DNA from: Octopus bimaculoides
Taxonomy: Eukaryota
Direction: 5' to 3'
NCBI RefSeq assembly: GCF_001194135.2
Contig: NC_069006.1
Span: 6,152,947-6,216,946 of the forward strand
Length of the DNA stretch: 64,000 nucleotides
Of the stretch, positions 26,470 through 40,378 are shown piece after piece. A program made the position numbers and the translations under genes. The notes below the pieces were generated by a model. The model had not been told where the DNA came from. It made no database searches and saw only the letters and a list, made by a program, of their open reading frames with translations. The stretch's first letter is position 1. Every line of letters begins with the position of its first letter.

Positions 26470-26950
26470 CATTAGAGTAACTGACAAAACAATATTTAGT
26501 TGTGGCCCTGTGTTCTTGTAAGTGCAGGTGTGGATGTATTAGTTAAGGGGTAAAGCAATACCCTTGATCCTTTGCAGAACTTCTAAGATTGGTGGGAGGG
26601 ATGAAGTTATCCTCAGATCAGAGACTTGGCCGAAATGCTTCCAACAGAAGAAATTCTGCTTAAAGACACCCAAGTTACCAGATGTTGGAATCAAACCAAC
26701 TGATGGATGAATTCTAGCACCCAAGTAGGCCATGGTGGGAGTTGAACACAAAATGCAATGTGCCAGAACAACCAAAAGGCAGCTGGTCTTTTGTTCTTAC
26801 AGCTTTAACAATCCTGCTGTGGTACCATTTTTTTATATCAATCTCGAAAGGATGAAAGGCAAAGTTTAATATAGATGTGCGTGTGTGTGTGTGTGTGTGT
26901 GTGTGAGTGAGTATATATTCTCCTTGCCGTGACATATGCACAATAATTAT

Positions 26951-27240
26951 CAGGGCCACATTAAGACCCCTAGGGGCCCCTAAACACTTAAAAGAAGTTA
27001 ATGCATCCATATATATATATATATATATATATGCAATTCAAAATATAAGCAATAATAAGCCATAAAATAAATATTTATTTTTTTAAATGAAACAAAACAG
27101 TAAGTTAGAAAATAATATTTATTTTTGTATACTTCAACTTTATATTTAAAAAGTTTTCTACTATTTTTAATTGCAAATTCTCTGATCAAATCTTCAAAAT
27201 TGATCTTGCATAACACATCTGATAATTCGATTTCCAATCA
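26951..27240 (-). mobile_element. hAT transposon end relic with a transposase C-terminal (dimerization-domain-like) fragment
   Basis: Minus strand LEIELSDVLCKINFEDLIREFAIKNSRKLF resembles the ..IExE....IDxxDIIxEFAxKKARK end of hAT transposases; a CAGGGCC terminus-like motif lies at 26951. Confidence 0.55.
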
Positions 27241-28416
27241 AATAAACCACTTTGAATATTATTTTAGCAAATGGTTTCTTCTGTACTGCTAGGCATTTAC
27301 CATTTCTGTGGTGCCCTCACTCCCCTCAACACCCTAAACATCATGTGCTTACTTTGCTTAATGGTTCATCCAGCACTGGTAATTATAGACAAAGTCTATG
27401 GCATAAGACACTTGTCTATGACATCATACCTAGGGATTGAACCCAGAACTATGTGGTTACATGCCAAACACCTTAAACACACAACCATACCTGCTGCTGC
27501 TGTTGGTATCATTATTTCAATTAAATCCCTAATGTGCTACATGAAAGGTAAATGCTTTGTGGAGCCTAAACAAGGCACATTACAAAATGGTGTTTAGGTT
27601 CAGTTTCATGGAAATACAGAGATGTGAAAGAGAAATCTCCTTCGAATGTCCGTGCGACATTGATAACATCATCGTTAGATCCAGTGCTTATGGCCAACAA
27701 TTTGACAAACTCGAGGGTATCAAATTAAACATGTTGCAGCCCCAATTAAACAACAAAATATTGCATGCAGCCAATTTGAACTGCAATCCTGGTAATTGCT
27801 AGTTTAGTGTTGTATCCACTCAGTGAATTGACCTCGGCAGAAAGAAACTGACTTCACACGATCTCGTTTCTCTTCACACAATAAATCTGACATCTTATTC
27901 CGATGAAATAAATAATCAATAATTAGGTTGGTGCAGGAGCTCACTCAAGTCTTTATGTTATCCAAACCAGTGTTATCAATAACGAATAAATGTCTTCAGA
28001 GATTAAAGAGGACCATAAAAAAAAAAATGTAGACTCTTGTTCATTATATTTGTCATTAATCAGCAAAGCACTTGACAAGATACTCTTTAGAGGTGATTTT
28101 TATTACGAAAGGTTACAAAATCAAATGCTATTCATCACAGATGAAACACACACACACACACATGAGAATGTATGTATGTGTGTGTGTATATATGTGTGTA
28201 TATATATATATATATATTCTTTTACTTGTTTTAGTCACATTGACTGTGGCCATGCTTGAGCACTGCCTTTTTAGTTGAAGAAATTGAACCCTCGACTTAT
28301 TTTTTGTAAGCCTGGTCCTTTTTCTATTGGTCCCTTTTGCTGAACTGCAAAGTTATGGGAACGTAGAAACACCACCATCGGTTGTCAAGCGATGGTGAGG
28401 GGACAGACAGAAACAC

Positions 28417-28451
<35 letters not shown>

Positions 28452-28919
28452 NNNNNNNNNNNNNNNNNNNNNNNNNNNNNNNNNNNNNNNNNNNNNNNNN
28501 NNNNNNNNNNNNNNNNNNNNNNNNNNNNNNNNNNNNNNNNNNNNNNNNNNNNNNNNNNNNNNNNNNNNNNNNNNNNNNNNNNNNNNNNNNNNNNNNNNNN
28601 NNNNNNNNNNNNNNNNNNNNNNNNNNNNNNNNNNNNNNNNNNNNNNNNNNNNNNNNNNNNNNNNNNNNNNNNNNNNNNNNNNNNNNNNNNNNNNNNNNNN
28701 NNNNNNNNNNNNNNNNNNNNNNNNNNNNNNNNNNNNNNNNNNNNNNNNNNNNNNNNNNNNNNNNNNNNNNNNNNNNNNNNNNNNNNNNNNNNNNNNNNNN
28801 NNNNNNNNNNNNNNNNNNNNNNNNNNNNNNNNNNNNNNNNNNNNNNNNNNNNNNNNNNNNNNNNNNNNNNNNNNNNNNNNNNNNNNNNNNNNNNNNNNNN
28901 NNNNNNNNNNNNNNNNNNN

Positions 28920-28980
<61 letters not shown>

Positions 28981-29304
28981 CTCTTCCTCCTCCTCAAATA
29001 TCGTTCTCCATGCTGTCATGGGTCGGACGGTTTGACAGGAGCTGGCATATATGTTCGCTCAATGCACAGCCATTATGAGGTTATGACATCAAACCCCCAA
29101 GTTAAAAACCTTCCCCTAACCCTTCCATTGTACCTCTTACTACTGTGAGCAAGTCTCCTTCCTTGCCTCAGTCAGTCTGTTTGTCAATTTACTCCATTCT
29201 GACATTCCTACCAAGGGACAGAAAGAACATTGAATTGTAACAGCTTCAAGATTATGAAGAGATATAAATTTGTAGTTGGTTTCTGTTTGGATTTTATCTT
29301 TTGT

Positions 29305-29668
29305 CTTGAGGCCATGCTGGTGCACCACTTTGAAGAATTTTTAGTGCAATGAATTGATCCCAGGACTTATTTTTTAAGCCTGGGCTTATTCCATTGGTAT
29401 CTTTTGCTGAACTGCTAGGTTACAAAGATATTAACAAACCACCACTGTTTGTTAAAAGGTGGGTTGGGGGGAACAAACACAGACATAAAGACACACACAC
29501 ATAAATATATGGCAGGCTTCTTACAGTTTCCATCTGCCAAATCCACTTACAAAGCTTTGGTCGACCAGAGACCATAACAGAAGACACTAGCCCAAGTTTC
29601 CACATAATAGGATTGAACCTAGGACCATGTGATTGGGAAGCAAACTTCTTACTATATAGTCATGCTTG
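29305..29668 (-). mobile_element. SINE family B
   Basis: Reverse complement: GGCCATGCTGGTGCACCAC...TTTCCATCTGCCAAATCCACTTACAAAGCTTTGGTCG...TGGGAAGCAAACTTCTTAC. Confidence 0.85.
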
Positions 29669-29758
29669 TAAATAACAGTGCACACTCACACACACTCACA
29701 CAAGTGTACAGTCAGGCATAGAATGATCTAATTACTATTAATAATTAAAATTTCTAAT

Positions 29759-29802
<44 letters not shown>

Positions 29803-30421
29803 CACGCCACATCACTTTACAATATCTGATAATTGATGTTCTGCCTTAAAGTAGAGCATTTTGAAACTTAAAATGACAATGGGTTGATAAGGTTATCATA
29901 AATAATGCAAAATATAATTTAACTCTGGAAGCAGTTATACTAAGTGTTCTTAAGTTTGCTACTCATAACTTTACATACATACATANNNNNNNNNNNNNNN
30001 NNNNNNNNNNNNNNNNNNNNNNNNNNNNNNNNNNNNNNNNNNNNNNNNNNNNNNNNNNNNNNNNNNNNNNNNNNNNNNNNNNNNNNNNNNNNNNNNNNNN
30101 NNNNNNNNNNNNNNNNNNNNNNNNNNNNNNNNNNNNNNNNNNNNNNNNNNNNNNNNNNNNNNNNNNNNNNNNNNNNNNNNNNNNNNNNNNNNNNNNNNNN
30201 NNNNNNNNNNNNNNNNNNNNNNNNNNNNNNNNAAATGGTTTGAATAAAGATATAAGCTTTTGAGAGAGAGGTGGGGAGGATAAAAAGAGATGTCCAGGAA
30301 TGGTATCAAAGAGTTATGGAATCCAAAAAGCTGAGAGAAAATAGACCGAGTGGGCCCTGATGTTGTTGATTAAATCCAGGGATATAAATACACTAAATAC
30401 ACACATATATGTACACATATC

Positions 30422-30489
<68 letters not shown>

Positions 30490-32055
30490 AAGAGAGAGAG
30501 CAGCCCTTGGGCAACCAGATGAAATTTTTGATCATTCATTATTTTTCACAGGTTTATTAGACCCAGCAAAAATCAGTACCCCACAGCAGAGAGTTGTACC
30601 CCAGAGCAGAGAGCGGTACCCTTCAGCTAGACACTGGATATATAAGGAGATATCAAAGTAGTTTCTCTGTCTGTCCTCAATAAACTCAGCCAGAGCAATC
30701 TGTTCTTGCTTTCTCTTCAAACAAAACTAAACCTGAGGGCAAAATGGTTCCTTTCTCTTCTTACTATCAGACATTTTAGTTGAATCAAACATTAAATTGC
30801 AGTACATTTATTTCTACCAGGTATACATCCTGACTGCACTCGTTTTTCCTTCAGTAACATTTTCCTCAATCTGTCCATATTCAGTCCTTCCTTTTTTCAT
30901 TCATTATCAACATCCTTCCCTCCTACCTTTTACAAACATCCCCTATCACTCTATCCCAGCCTTCTCATTTCCATCATGATACCTGTATAATGAAAGCTGA
31001 CATCAAATCTACCCCTTATTACTACTTGCTGCTGTAACCCTGCTAGCTACTGCTAACTATTATCACCCTCTCTCTGTGTTAACGGTTACCACTTTTACTA
31101 TCACCTCTTTAGCATTGATGTAATGAACCCTCTCTGTACAGTGGTGGCTGATCAAACAGGGAGCTCGTTAGTTGTGCTGACGACATAATACCTTCTCTAG
31201 TACTGGTGCCAGGGTAAAATGTATTCAGTACATTGTATAAAGGGGTCAGTGAAAGGAAAGGCACCCAACCATAAAAGCCACGTGAAAATGTGAGATGTAG
31301 TCTTCTGACAGATCTAGGAAAGGCAGCAACAGAATTAGAAGACAAGAACTGGATTGGATTGTCATAAGTTGACTTGGAAAATGGACATGATGATGATGAT
31401 GGTGATGATGATGATGATGATGTTGATGATAGTAATAATGATAATGATGACAACAGTAGTGATGATGAAGGTGGTGGTGAGAGCAGTGATGATGATGATG
31501 GTTATGGTGATGGTGACTACACAACACAAAAACAAAATTTGCATAATGTCACTTTTATAAGAATTCTAATTCAAACCTTTGTTTGTTTGTTTATGTTGTA
31601 AATGAAAAATTGTTCACCCTAGCATTGTATGATTGCTATCTTATTCCAGCTGATTACTTTACAAACACTGGGAAGTAAACAACACATCCTAATGACCTGC
31701 ATTAAATTTAACACACCCCAGTCAAGTCAGTAGAGGTCTATACTTTGGGTGAAAAGTACAAATAGAAAAGAATTATATATATACATATATATATATATAT
31801 ATACATACATACATCACAGTTTCAACCAGACCATCAGATGCTGTTATACACCACTAATTACAATGTGTTTTCAATTCTGTCTTGATTGTACCGTTCTTTT
31901 TCCCCTTGACCCAAATAGCTGAACTAGATTGTCTTCTGCTGGTCTGGACATGTCACAAGGTTCACAGATGACAAGTAGACCTGTGCAGTTGCTGAGTGGA
32001 ATCTAAGAGTTTGGAGAAGGCCACTTGGAAGGCCTCTAGGATGATGGGAAGACAT

Positions 32056-32118
<63 letters not shown>

Positions 32119-32451
32119 ACTTAACATATGTGAATCGTTGGAAAGGTAGAGGATGCAGTTTATCACTGGGGAAAATCCCTTTATAGGCATATAGTGTTAA
32201 AAGACACTATATTTCAGAGCCAGGTGAAACAAAATTGCCCTGGGAGTGACTGTGAAAGTGACAGACATGCATTTTCCCATATTTTTCAGTTTGTCAATGC
32301 CATGTATGCTGGTCACTTCCAAAACAAGGTTGAATTGGTCAATCTGAAGTACATGGAGCCAGTGTATAAACCATACACTGATTTGAAGTGACGCTGCTTA
32401 GTCTGAATAAAATTCAAATCATGCAACAGAAGCAGCTCGAAAGGGAAGTCT

Positions 32452-32836
32452 TTAACTTTTCTGTATTTCAGTCATCAGACTTTGGCCATGCTGGGGCAGT
32501 GTCTTGAGGAAGTTTTGTCCAATGAATTGGCCCCAGTACTTATTATTTTTTAAGCCTGATACTTATTTTATTGGTCTCTTTTGCTGAACCACTAAGTAAC
32601 AGTGACATAAATACATCAACACCACTGGTCAAGCAGTGGTGGGTGGACAAACACAGACAGACAGATACACATATATGATGGGCTCCTTTCAGTTTCTATC
32701 TACCAAATCCACTCACAAGGCTTTGGTCATCCCAAGGCAATAGTAGAAGACACTAGCCCAAGGTGCCAGGCAGTGCGACTGGACAGAGAACGCTGTAGTA
32801 GGGAAGTAAACTTCTTACCACAGAGCTACACCTGTG
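32452..32836 (-). mobile_element. SINE family B
   Basis: Reverse-complement copy from TTTCAGTCAT...GGCCATGCTGGGGCA to CTTCTTACCACAGAGCTACACCTGTGCC. Confidence 0.85.
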
Positions 32837-32864
32837 CCTATGTCTATGACTTACTTAGCATAAA

Positions 32865-33270
32865 TAGCAAGGCCAGCAATTTTGGGGGAGACGATGAGTC
32901 AATTGCATCGACACCAGTTTTCAACTGGTGTTTATTTTATTGATTCTGAAAAGATGAAAGGCAAAGTCGACATCAGCGGAATTTGAACTCAGAACATAAA
33001 GACAGATGAAATGCAGCTAAGCATTTTACAGGACGTGCTAACGATTCTGCCAGCTTACCACCTTAATAATAATAATGCGTTCAAATTTTTACGCAAGGCC
33101 AGCATTTTCTGGAGAGGGGATAAGTAAATTATATTGATCCTAGAGGTCAAGTGGTGCTTATTTTATTGAACCAGGCAGAATCTGAACTCAGAATGTGAAG
33201 ACAGACAAAATGCCACTGAGAATATTGTCTGTCCTGGTATGCTAATGATTCTGCCAGTTTGCTGCCCTCT
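32865..33270 (-). mobile_element. Two tandem SINE-A copies
   Basis: Two same-orientation copies separated by (AAT)n. Confidence 0.85.
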
Positions 33271-34146
33271 TAACATATATAATTAATTGTTGTTATGTGT
33301 TGCATTCTCTAATTGGCATGCTCTGATATGATTTGAACTCGGAAACACTGAACAAGCAGTATGTTCTATCCAAGCTTTCCATTCCTTCCATGCTTTCTAT
33401 AGATCTTTTAGTTGGTGACGTTAAAAAGCAAACTAAATGAATTAAGTGAGATATCTCTATTGATGGATTAACTATTGTGATAGATGAAGATGTTTATCAG
33501 TGAAAACAAGATTGTTGAATGCCAACAGAGAGAGAGAGAGAGAACAGAGTTGTTCCATCTGTTGCCAACAGCAACAATATGAGTAGATCACACAGATGAA
33601 ATTGTTAATGACTTAACAGCTTGCTTTATTACAAATGTCTTGTGAAATTTGGATTCTAGCCAGAAGAAAACCTTTCAACTATTTTCATTCATCCGTTAAT
33701 GACTTTGAAAAATTGGTTTCCAGATAAATTAGATTTTAGGCAGAAAAGAAAAGTGATAATTGGAGTGTAGATGGAGAGACATTTAAGAAAAATCAAAAGG
33801 AAACAATTATTATAGTTGGAATGGAGAAGAGATATGTAGATTAATAGAGAAATTGTGATGTGTTTGGAACAATGTATTGGTTAAAATGCGTTACAACATT
33901 ATGAAACAGAAAGTGTAATTATTAGTTTCCTTTATTTGGTCTTTATTCTGGTGAAGATTGATACGACCTTGTTAAGTTCCTGTATGGCACAAACCAAACA
34001 GAACTGCATTAATCAAGCAATCTTGTAAACCATGATTTCACAAGAATCGTTGTAATTTTATTTACCTTCATTTCAAAAGAAAGAAATGGGCTCTGTGATG
34101 TGAGGGAGAATACTTTAATCCTTTCTTCTATCATTAATTTCTGTTT

Positions 34147-34382
34147 ATTATTTCTTTATTGCCCACAAGGGGCTAAACGCAGAGGGGACAAACAAGGACA
34201 GACAAACGGAATAAATCGATTATACCGACACCAGTGCGTAACTGGTACTTATTTAATCAACCCCGAAAGGATGAAAGGCAAAGTCGACTTCGGTGGAATT
34301 TGAACTCAGAATGTAAAAACAGACGAAATACCAATAAGCATTTCGCCCGGCGTGCTAACGATTCTGCCAGCTCGCTGCCTTG
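34147..34382 (-). mobile_element. SINE family A, young full-length copy with AATAAA-type tail and 14-bp TSD
   Basis: Reverse complement of the 52881 type; TSD ATTAATTTCTGTTT at 34133-34146 and 34383-34396. Confidence 0.9.
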
Positions 34383-34440
34383 ATTAATTTCTGTTTCTGT
34401 GACAGAACAGAATTACAATGCTTGGTTTTCAGCATCCAAG

Positions 34441-34640
34441 ACAAGCCAACCTGAAGGTGACTTCAAGGTAGACTAAGAATGAAATGGTCGGATAATCTCC
34501 ATAGCCTCAGCTGTTTGCATTTGGGAACCCAGTTGGAAAGTGAAATGACAGTTGCTTCTAATAGGATTCTATGAAAGAAGAACTTGATGACTCTCTCCCC
34601 ATGACCTTCTGGAGAACAGGAGGCTGAAAAGATGTATGGA
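34441..34640 (+). mobile_element. Decayed RTE (Rex3/Expander-like) LINE C-terminal fragment
   Basis: Reads QGRLRMKWSDNLHSLSCLHLGTQLESEMTVASNRIL*KKNLMTLSP*P, resembling the RGRPRxRWxD...LGI...EVA.R..W..LL..LPPRP end of Rex3-like RTE ORFs (recalled pattern). Confidence 0.55.
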
Positions 34641-37029
34641 GGGGCAGATGATATTGAACAGGATGTTGAGATAAGGTGGCTTTTATAATAATACGAGTCT
34701 CCAGGGTTTCATAAAGAATTGGTCAGAATCACTTCAGTCACAGACTATGAGAAGAGGAAGGTGAGAACAATTCATATAAAAATAATGATTTGAACCCAGC
34801 TAATTCCAGGTGCATAAAATGGTTCAAAACACTGACTCTTCTAACTTCGCTTCACTCTATGTTAATAAAAACAAACCAAAAAAAAAAAGCAACAGTTTAA
34901 ATGCTTTTGTCATTTCATGATTGAATAAGAGATGTTAGAAAGGTATAAAGCTATTAAAAAGGAGCAAAAAACCAAAAAATATTTGTGTAAATATTTCTGA
35001 GATGACATTACAAAAGTATTATGGTTTCATTGGATTATTAACCTATCTTATGGATTTTGATCTGTGTTGGGTTTTCATTGATGTTTTCTCTGATCATCTT
35101 TATCATGTCTCTCACCTTCCACCCCCCCCTCCCACATACAATTTCATGTCACTGATATCAAACTTAGAACCTTTATCTCTCTCTCTCTCTCTCTCCCTCC
35201 CTCCCTCCATAATGCTACAGTTTTAAACCTCTTTACTTCACGCCTAACATTTTCTTTTCCTCCTTTGACTTGCATCACACGCTATGACAAATGCACCATG
35301 TATTTCCTTCCAGTACAAATGTCCTGATTTGTGTGCATCACCAAATGCATGATTACCTTCTCCAATCAGGGTCTTAATCACAGTTTTGAAAGGAGCCCAC
35401 TCCCCCATCATGTTTCAACTTCCCATGGTTCTGTTCCTTGATAATGTCTTCAATGACAGGCAATCCTAAGTACCCCAGACAGTGGTCAGCATGTAGTGAT
35501 CATCTTCCTCTGGGTTAGCTGGAGAAAGTCACTAGAGATGTTTGTTGGTAACATTCTGCACTCTGCTGGTTCTGAGTGCAACAGCTGATAAGGGATTTGG
35601 CCCTTGTTATATAGTAAGGGCTAGGGATTTAGTGAGAGGATTCGGATATAGTGAGGGTCATGGACTCAGTTAGGGCTATTGATGTAGTGAAGGCCATAAG
35701 ACTTAGGAAGGGCCATAGACTTAATGGGGGCCACTGATGCAATAAAGGCCATCAATTTAATGAGTACCAAGGACAAAGTAATAGTTGTGGATGTAGTGGG
35801 GAGCTAGTCATCCACTTCACCTTCTCCTCTCTATCCTGTTGAATTAGACATCTAGACCCTGCATCCAGCACCTTGTCCAATCCCTTCTTTGCAGAACAAA
35901 ATTCATCTATTACTCACCTTGATGGTTTTTACCTGCAAATATTGACCTTTGGTAGTTTAAACATATCAATAACCATATTACCTTTAAACTGTCTCCAATG
36001 CCATGCGTGGGAAGTTTTGTAAATAAAACCCATATAAATACCAGATATTCTCAGAGTAAATTGTAAAAATAGAAACATATTTGTATAATTGGTATTGAAT
36101 ATATTTGCATAATTTATGCAAATATATTCTCGATTCAATGTAACCAACAGAAATATTGTAGTACAGCTAATAATACAACAGAATACAGAGATGTTAATGC
36201 ATAGCCATGAAGTGATAATACTAGAGAACCACAATGATATAAACGAGAGTGAAATCCTATTTAATGATGGCATAATGACTTCATGCATTGATTATATGAA
36301 TACATCACACAGGAATATTTTAATAATATTACAAGAATACAGACTAATGTTACATGGATACAGGCTAATGTTACATGGAGATAGACTTGATGTTACATGG
36401 CAGGAATCAAGAAATATCAAAAAGCAATGATTGTACATAGTTATGTGCTGGTATCTTAGTAATATGTCATTACAATAAAGTTGAAATGTAATATTGCCAG
36501 AATTCTGTGATATCAGATATCCATGAGGTTAGATATAAATATAATGCATAATTTTGGATATTGCATGACAATTAGACTTTTAGCATCGTACAGTAATGAG
36601 TTTGAACATTAGACAAGTTGATAAAACAAGAATGCGGAATGAATTAGGGTTCCATTTCTAACAGTGATATTAACAATTATGTCTTAGAGAAGCATCAAAG
36701 TTTTGATTTATAAACAAGGGTAATGTGATGTTGTGGAATTAATGTGTTTTCTAATGACATTAGTAATGTAAATGAAAGGATTCGTCACCATACAACAGTA
36801 GTTTCTACCTGCACCACTAATAGCTTAATTATACTAATTATGAATTTATTAATTGCTAAGTTACTAGGCATTATAGACATGGATCTGATTTCTTTTCTGC
36901 ATCAAACTTGTGCTTATAATGTTTGATATGGTTTTACAATGATAATAAAGATATCATAGACAAAGCTTCAGTTTCTGGTTTGTTACAGAGGCTTAATAAA
37001 ACAGGTACCAGTGGGTTATTGTATTTTCT

Positions 37030-37264
37030 AATAATCCTTTCTACTAGAGGTACAAGGCCTGGATTTTGTTGGGAAGGGGACAGTCAATCACACTGACCCC
37101 AGTACTCAACTGGTACTTGATTTATCGACCCCAAAAGGATGAAAGGCAAAGTCGACCTCAGCAGAAATTGAACTGAGTATGATGTAGCAGCAGACAAAAC
37201 ACTGCTAAGCATTTTACCCAGCATGCTAATGATTCTGCCAGCTCACTGCCTTATTTGTACTTTC

Positions 37265-37315
<51 letters not shown>

Positions 37316-38130
37316 CAATAATAATGATTCTTTCTAGTATAGGCTCAATGCCTGGAATTTTGGGGAAAGGGATGAGTCGATTTCATCAACCCCCAGTTCT
37401 TAACTGATATTTACTTTACCGGCCCTGAAAGAATGAAGGTAAATTTGACCCCCGCAGAATTTGGACTCAGAATGTGAAAAACTAGAAGAGATGCGCTGTT
37501 AAGCATTTTATCCCAGTTCTCTAACAATACTCCCAACTCACTGTCATAATAATTATTTCAAGTTTTGGCATAGGGCTTGCAATTACACTGACCCCCCAGC
37601 ATTCAACTGGTACTTATTTTGCTGAGCCTGAAAAGTTGGTAGGCAAAGCCAACTTTGGCAGAATTTCAACTCAGAAAGTAAAGACAGATGAAAAGCCTCA
37701 AAACATTTAGTCTGAGATGATAATGATTCAGCCAGCTTCATGCCTTAATAATAATAATAATAATAATAAGAATAATAATGGTTTCAAATTTTGGAACACT
37801 TCCAGAAATTTCGAGGAGGAGGTAAACCGATTGCATCAACCCCAGTACATAACTGGTACTTATTTTACCAACCCCATAAAGATGAAAGGAAAAGCTGACC
37901 TCAGCGAAATTTGAACTCAGAAAGTAAAAGAAAGCTGGACTGCCACTCAACATTTTGCCTGGTGTGTTAACGAGTCGACCAGCTCACCACCTCAATAATA
38001 ATAATGATGATAATGATGATGATAATAATAATAATTACAATAATGATATTAATTTTGGCACAAGGTCAGCAATTTTGATGGGAAGGGGTACTTTATTTTA
38101 TCAACCCCAAGGGATGAAAGGTGAAGCTGC
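37030..38130 (-). mobile_element. Chain of about five same-orientation SINE-A copies linked by AAT tracts
   Basis: SINE-A signatures begin near 37030, 37325, 37555, 37775 and 38050, each separated by (AAT)n. Confidence 0.85.
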
Positions 38131-38947
38131 CCTCATGGGCAGAAGTAATAGGGAAGCATCATAGCCATGTGTTGAGAGGAATTCCTTGGGGTTTGAACAA
38201 TTCACCCCTGGAAACATGGGTGTTTCATTCAACATCATTAAACAAACCTTATTCAGGGACTTTTTCTAAGTGGGCCCCACCTGCAAGGTCATGCACTGTT
38301 TATCTTGACATGAGATCACCATGTCGCACACATATGGTTGTGATATATGTGCCTGGTGTACCCTTATCAGACGGGTAGTCATGATGGGTATACTGGGCGT
38401 TGTATATTTGTACCCCAGTGTCACTTTGATGCCATGCACTGCTCTCTCACACAATGATAATAATAGTAATAATAATAATTATTATTATTACAACCGTCAC
38501 TATTTTTACAAGGGCACAGACTTTGTCAGATGGGGGATTTCAATAGACATGCCTCTGGGATGTGAGGTGGGGGACACCAGCAGTGGGTGTGACATGATGT
38601 CACTCAGTAAATCAAAACTCTACTGAAACAATGACTCATCAAATACCTTCATTTCAATGGACAGAGAGTATCCTTAGGAGGAGGAGGATGAGATCTGAGA
38701 GTAACAACCATGATGAGATTGGAATGATGACGATAGTGATGATGATGATGATGACGTTGATGGTGGTGACGGTGGTGGTAGTGGTACACTTTGTTTCTTG
38801 GTAACAATAATATCCTGACACTATACTGTATTTCACCAATTAAGTCACTATATACAGTGATATATATAGTGTATATATATGTAAGTATGTGTGTATATAT
38901 ATACATATATACATGTATGAGTGTATATATATATTTATATATATATA

Positions 38948-39300
38948 CAGGAAGGAATTTCAACCATGTTTCGTGGTCTGCTACCACAACAGCTCCTTTA
39001 TAGGATCCAGCTAGCTCAAGACATCATCAGGAGGAACCACGTCCGGTTTCGGCCCCTACTCCTCTACCGTTTTGGCGTGGCAGCGCCACCCCCTTTCGGA
39101 GGTGTCTTCAGCTCTGGTGTTGGGTGCATGTCTTCTTTCACTGTTTGTGACTGTTCTAACTCAACTGTGGAATGTCCCTCGCTATGGTTATTTTCCAGAA
39201 GGTTCTGGCCACACGTCTTACGGTTCATCAACCCGCATTGTTGAATTACTTTCTTCCGACATACCTTCCCTTGGTGGATTAGGATCTAGATAAAGATAGT
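38948..39300. other. GC/CpG-rich island of probable retroelement origin between (TA)n tracts
   Basis: Abrupt GC and CpG increase, short internal hairpins, no credible ORF; contains hammerhead-like core words on the minus strand. Confidence 0.4.
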
Positions 39301-39386
39301 TATGGCTGGTCTATGGGCTTATCCTGGGTTTCATGTCCATAAAGCACTTAGCTTTATGGAGTTTCTTCAGATTTATGATTTACTGA

Positions 39387-39477
<91 letters not shown>

Positions 39478-39659
39478 CACTTAGGTAAGTTTTGGCCAGC
39501 ACTGTCCCAGGCCATGTCTAAAGGGGAACCAAATAAAGGTTGAAAGGGGATTAAGGTTGTTTAATATTTTTGTCAATCTATAGAGAAATAATTCAATTTG
39601 CCATGTCTGAATATTTATTACTACATAGGTTCACCCCCACCCCCACACACACAAGGCCG

Positions 39660-39952
39660 ATGACAGTGCTGCTTGTCTGGCACCCGTGCTGGTGGCATGT
39701 AAAATGTACCATTTGAGTGTGGTCAATGCCAGTGCTCCACTGACTGGCTCCCATGCCTATGGTATGTAAAAAGCTCCCACTACATTCTCGGAGTGGTTGG
39801 CATTAGGAAGGCATCCAGGTAGAGAAACCTTGCCAGATCAGATTGAAGCCGGGTGCAGCCTCCTCCTGGTTTGCTAGTCCTCAGCCAAACCAGTCAACCC
39901 ATACCAGCATGGAAAGCAGATGTTAAATGATGGTGATGATGATGATGATGAT
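39660..39952 (+). mobile_element. Repeat family D
   Basis: GTGGTTGGCATTAGGAAGGCATCCAG...CCCATACCAGCATGGAAAGCAGATGTTAAATGATG(GAT)n. Confidence 0.8.
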
Positions 39953-39970
39953 GTATACATACATATATAT

Positions 39971-40378
39971 GGCTGTATGGTAAGAAGCTTGCTTGGCAAC
40001 CACATGGTTCTGGGTTCAGACCCACTGCATGGCACCTTGGGAAAGTGTCTTCTACTATAGCCTTGGGCTGACCAAAGCCTTGTGAGTGAATTTGTTAGAC
40101 GGAAACTGAAAGAAGCCTGTTAGATATATGTATATATTTATGTGTGTGTGTATGTGTGTCTATGTTTGTCCGCACCACCATCACTTGACAACTAATGCTG
40201 GTGTGATTATGTCACCCCTAACTTAGCAGTTTGGCAAAAGAGACTGATATAATAAGTACTACACTTTGAAAGAATTTGATCTAGGGTTGATTTCTTTAAC
40301 TAAAAATACCCTTTAAGGCAGTGCTTCAGCATGGCCACAGTCAAATGACTGAAACAAGTAAACATAAACAAAACAAAA
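39971..40378 (+). mobile_element. SINE family B
   Basis: GGCTGTATGGTAAGAAGCTTGCTT...GGCACCTTGGGAAAGTGTCTTCTACTATAGCC...CAGCATGGCCACAGTCAAATGACTGAAACAAG. Confidence 0.85.

Noticed and set aside
36116-36430. 104-codon plus-strand ORF with a repeated YRLMLHG peptide
   Set aside because: The repeat is a 21-bp tandem of about three units; the rest is AT-rich with no recognisable domain or splice signals.
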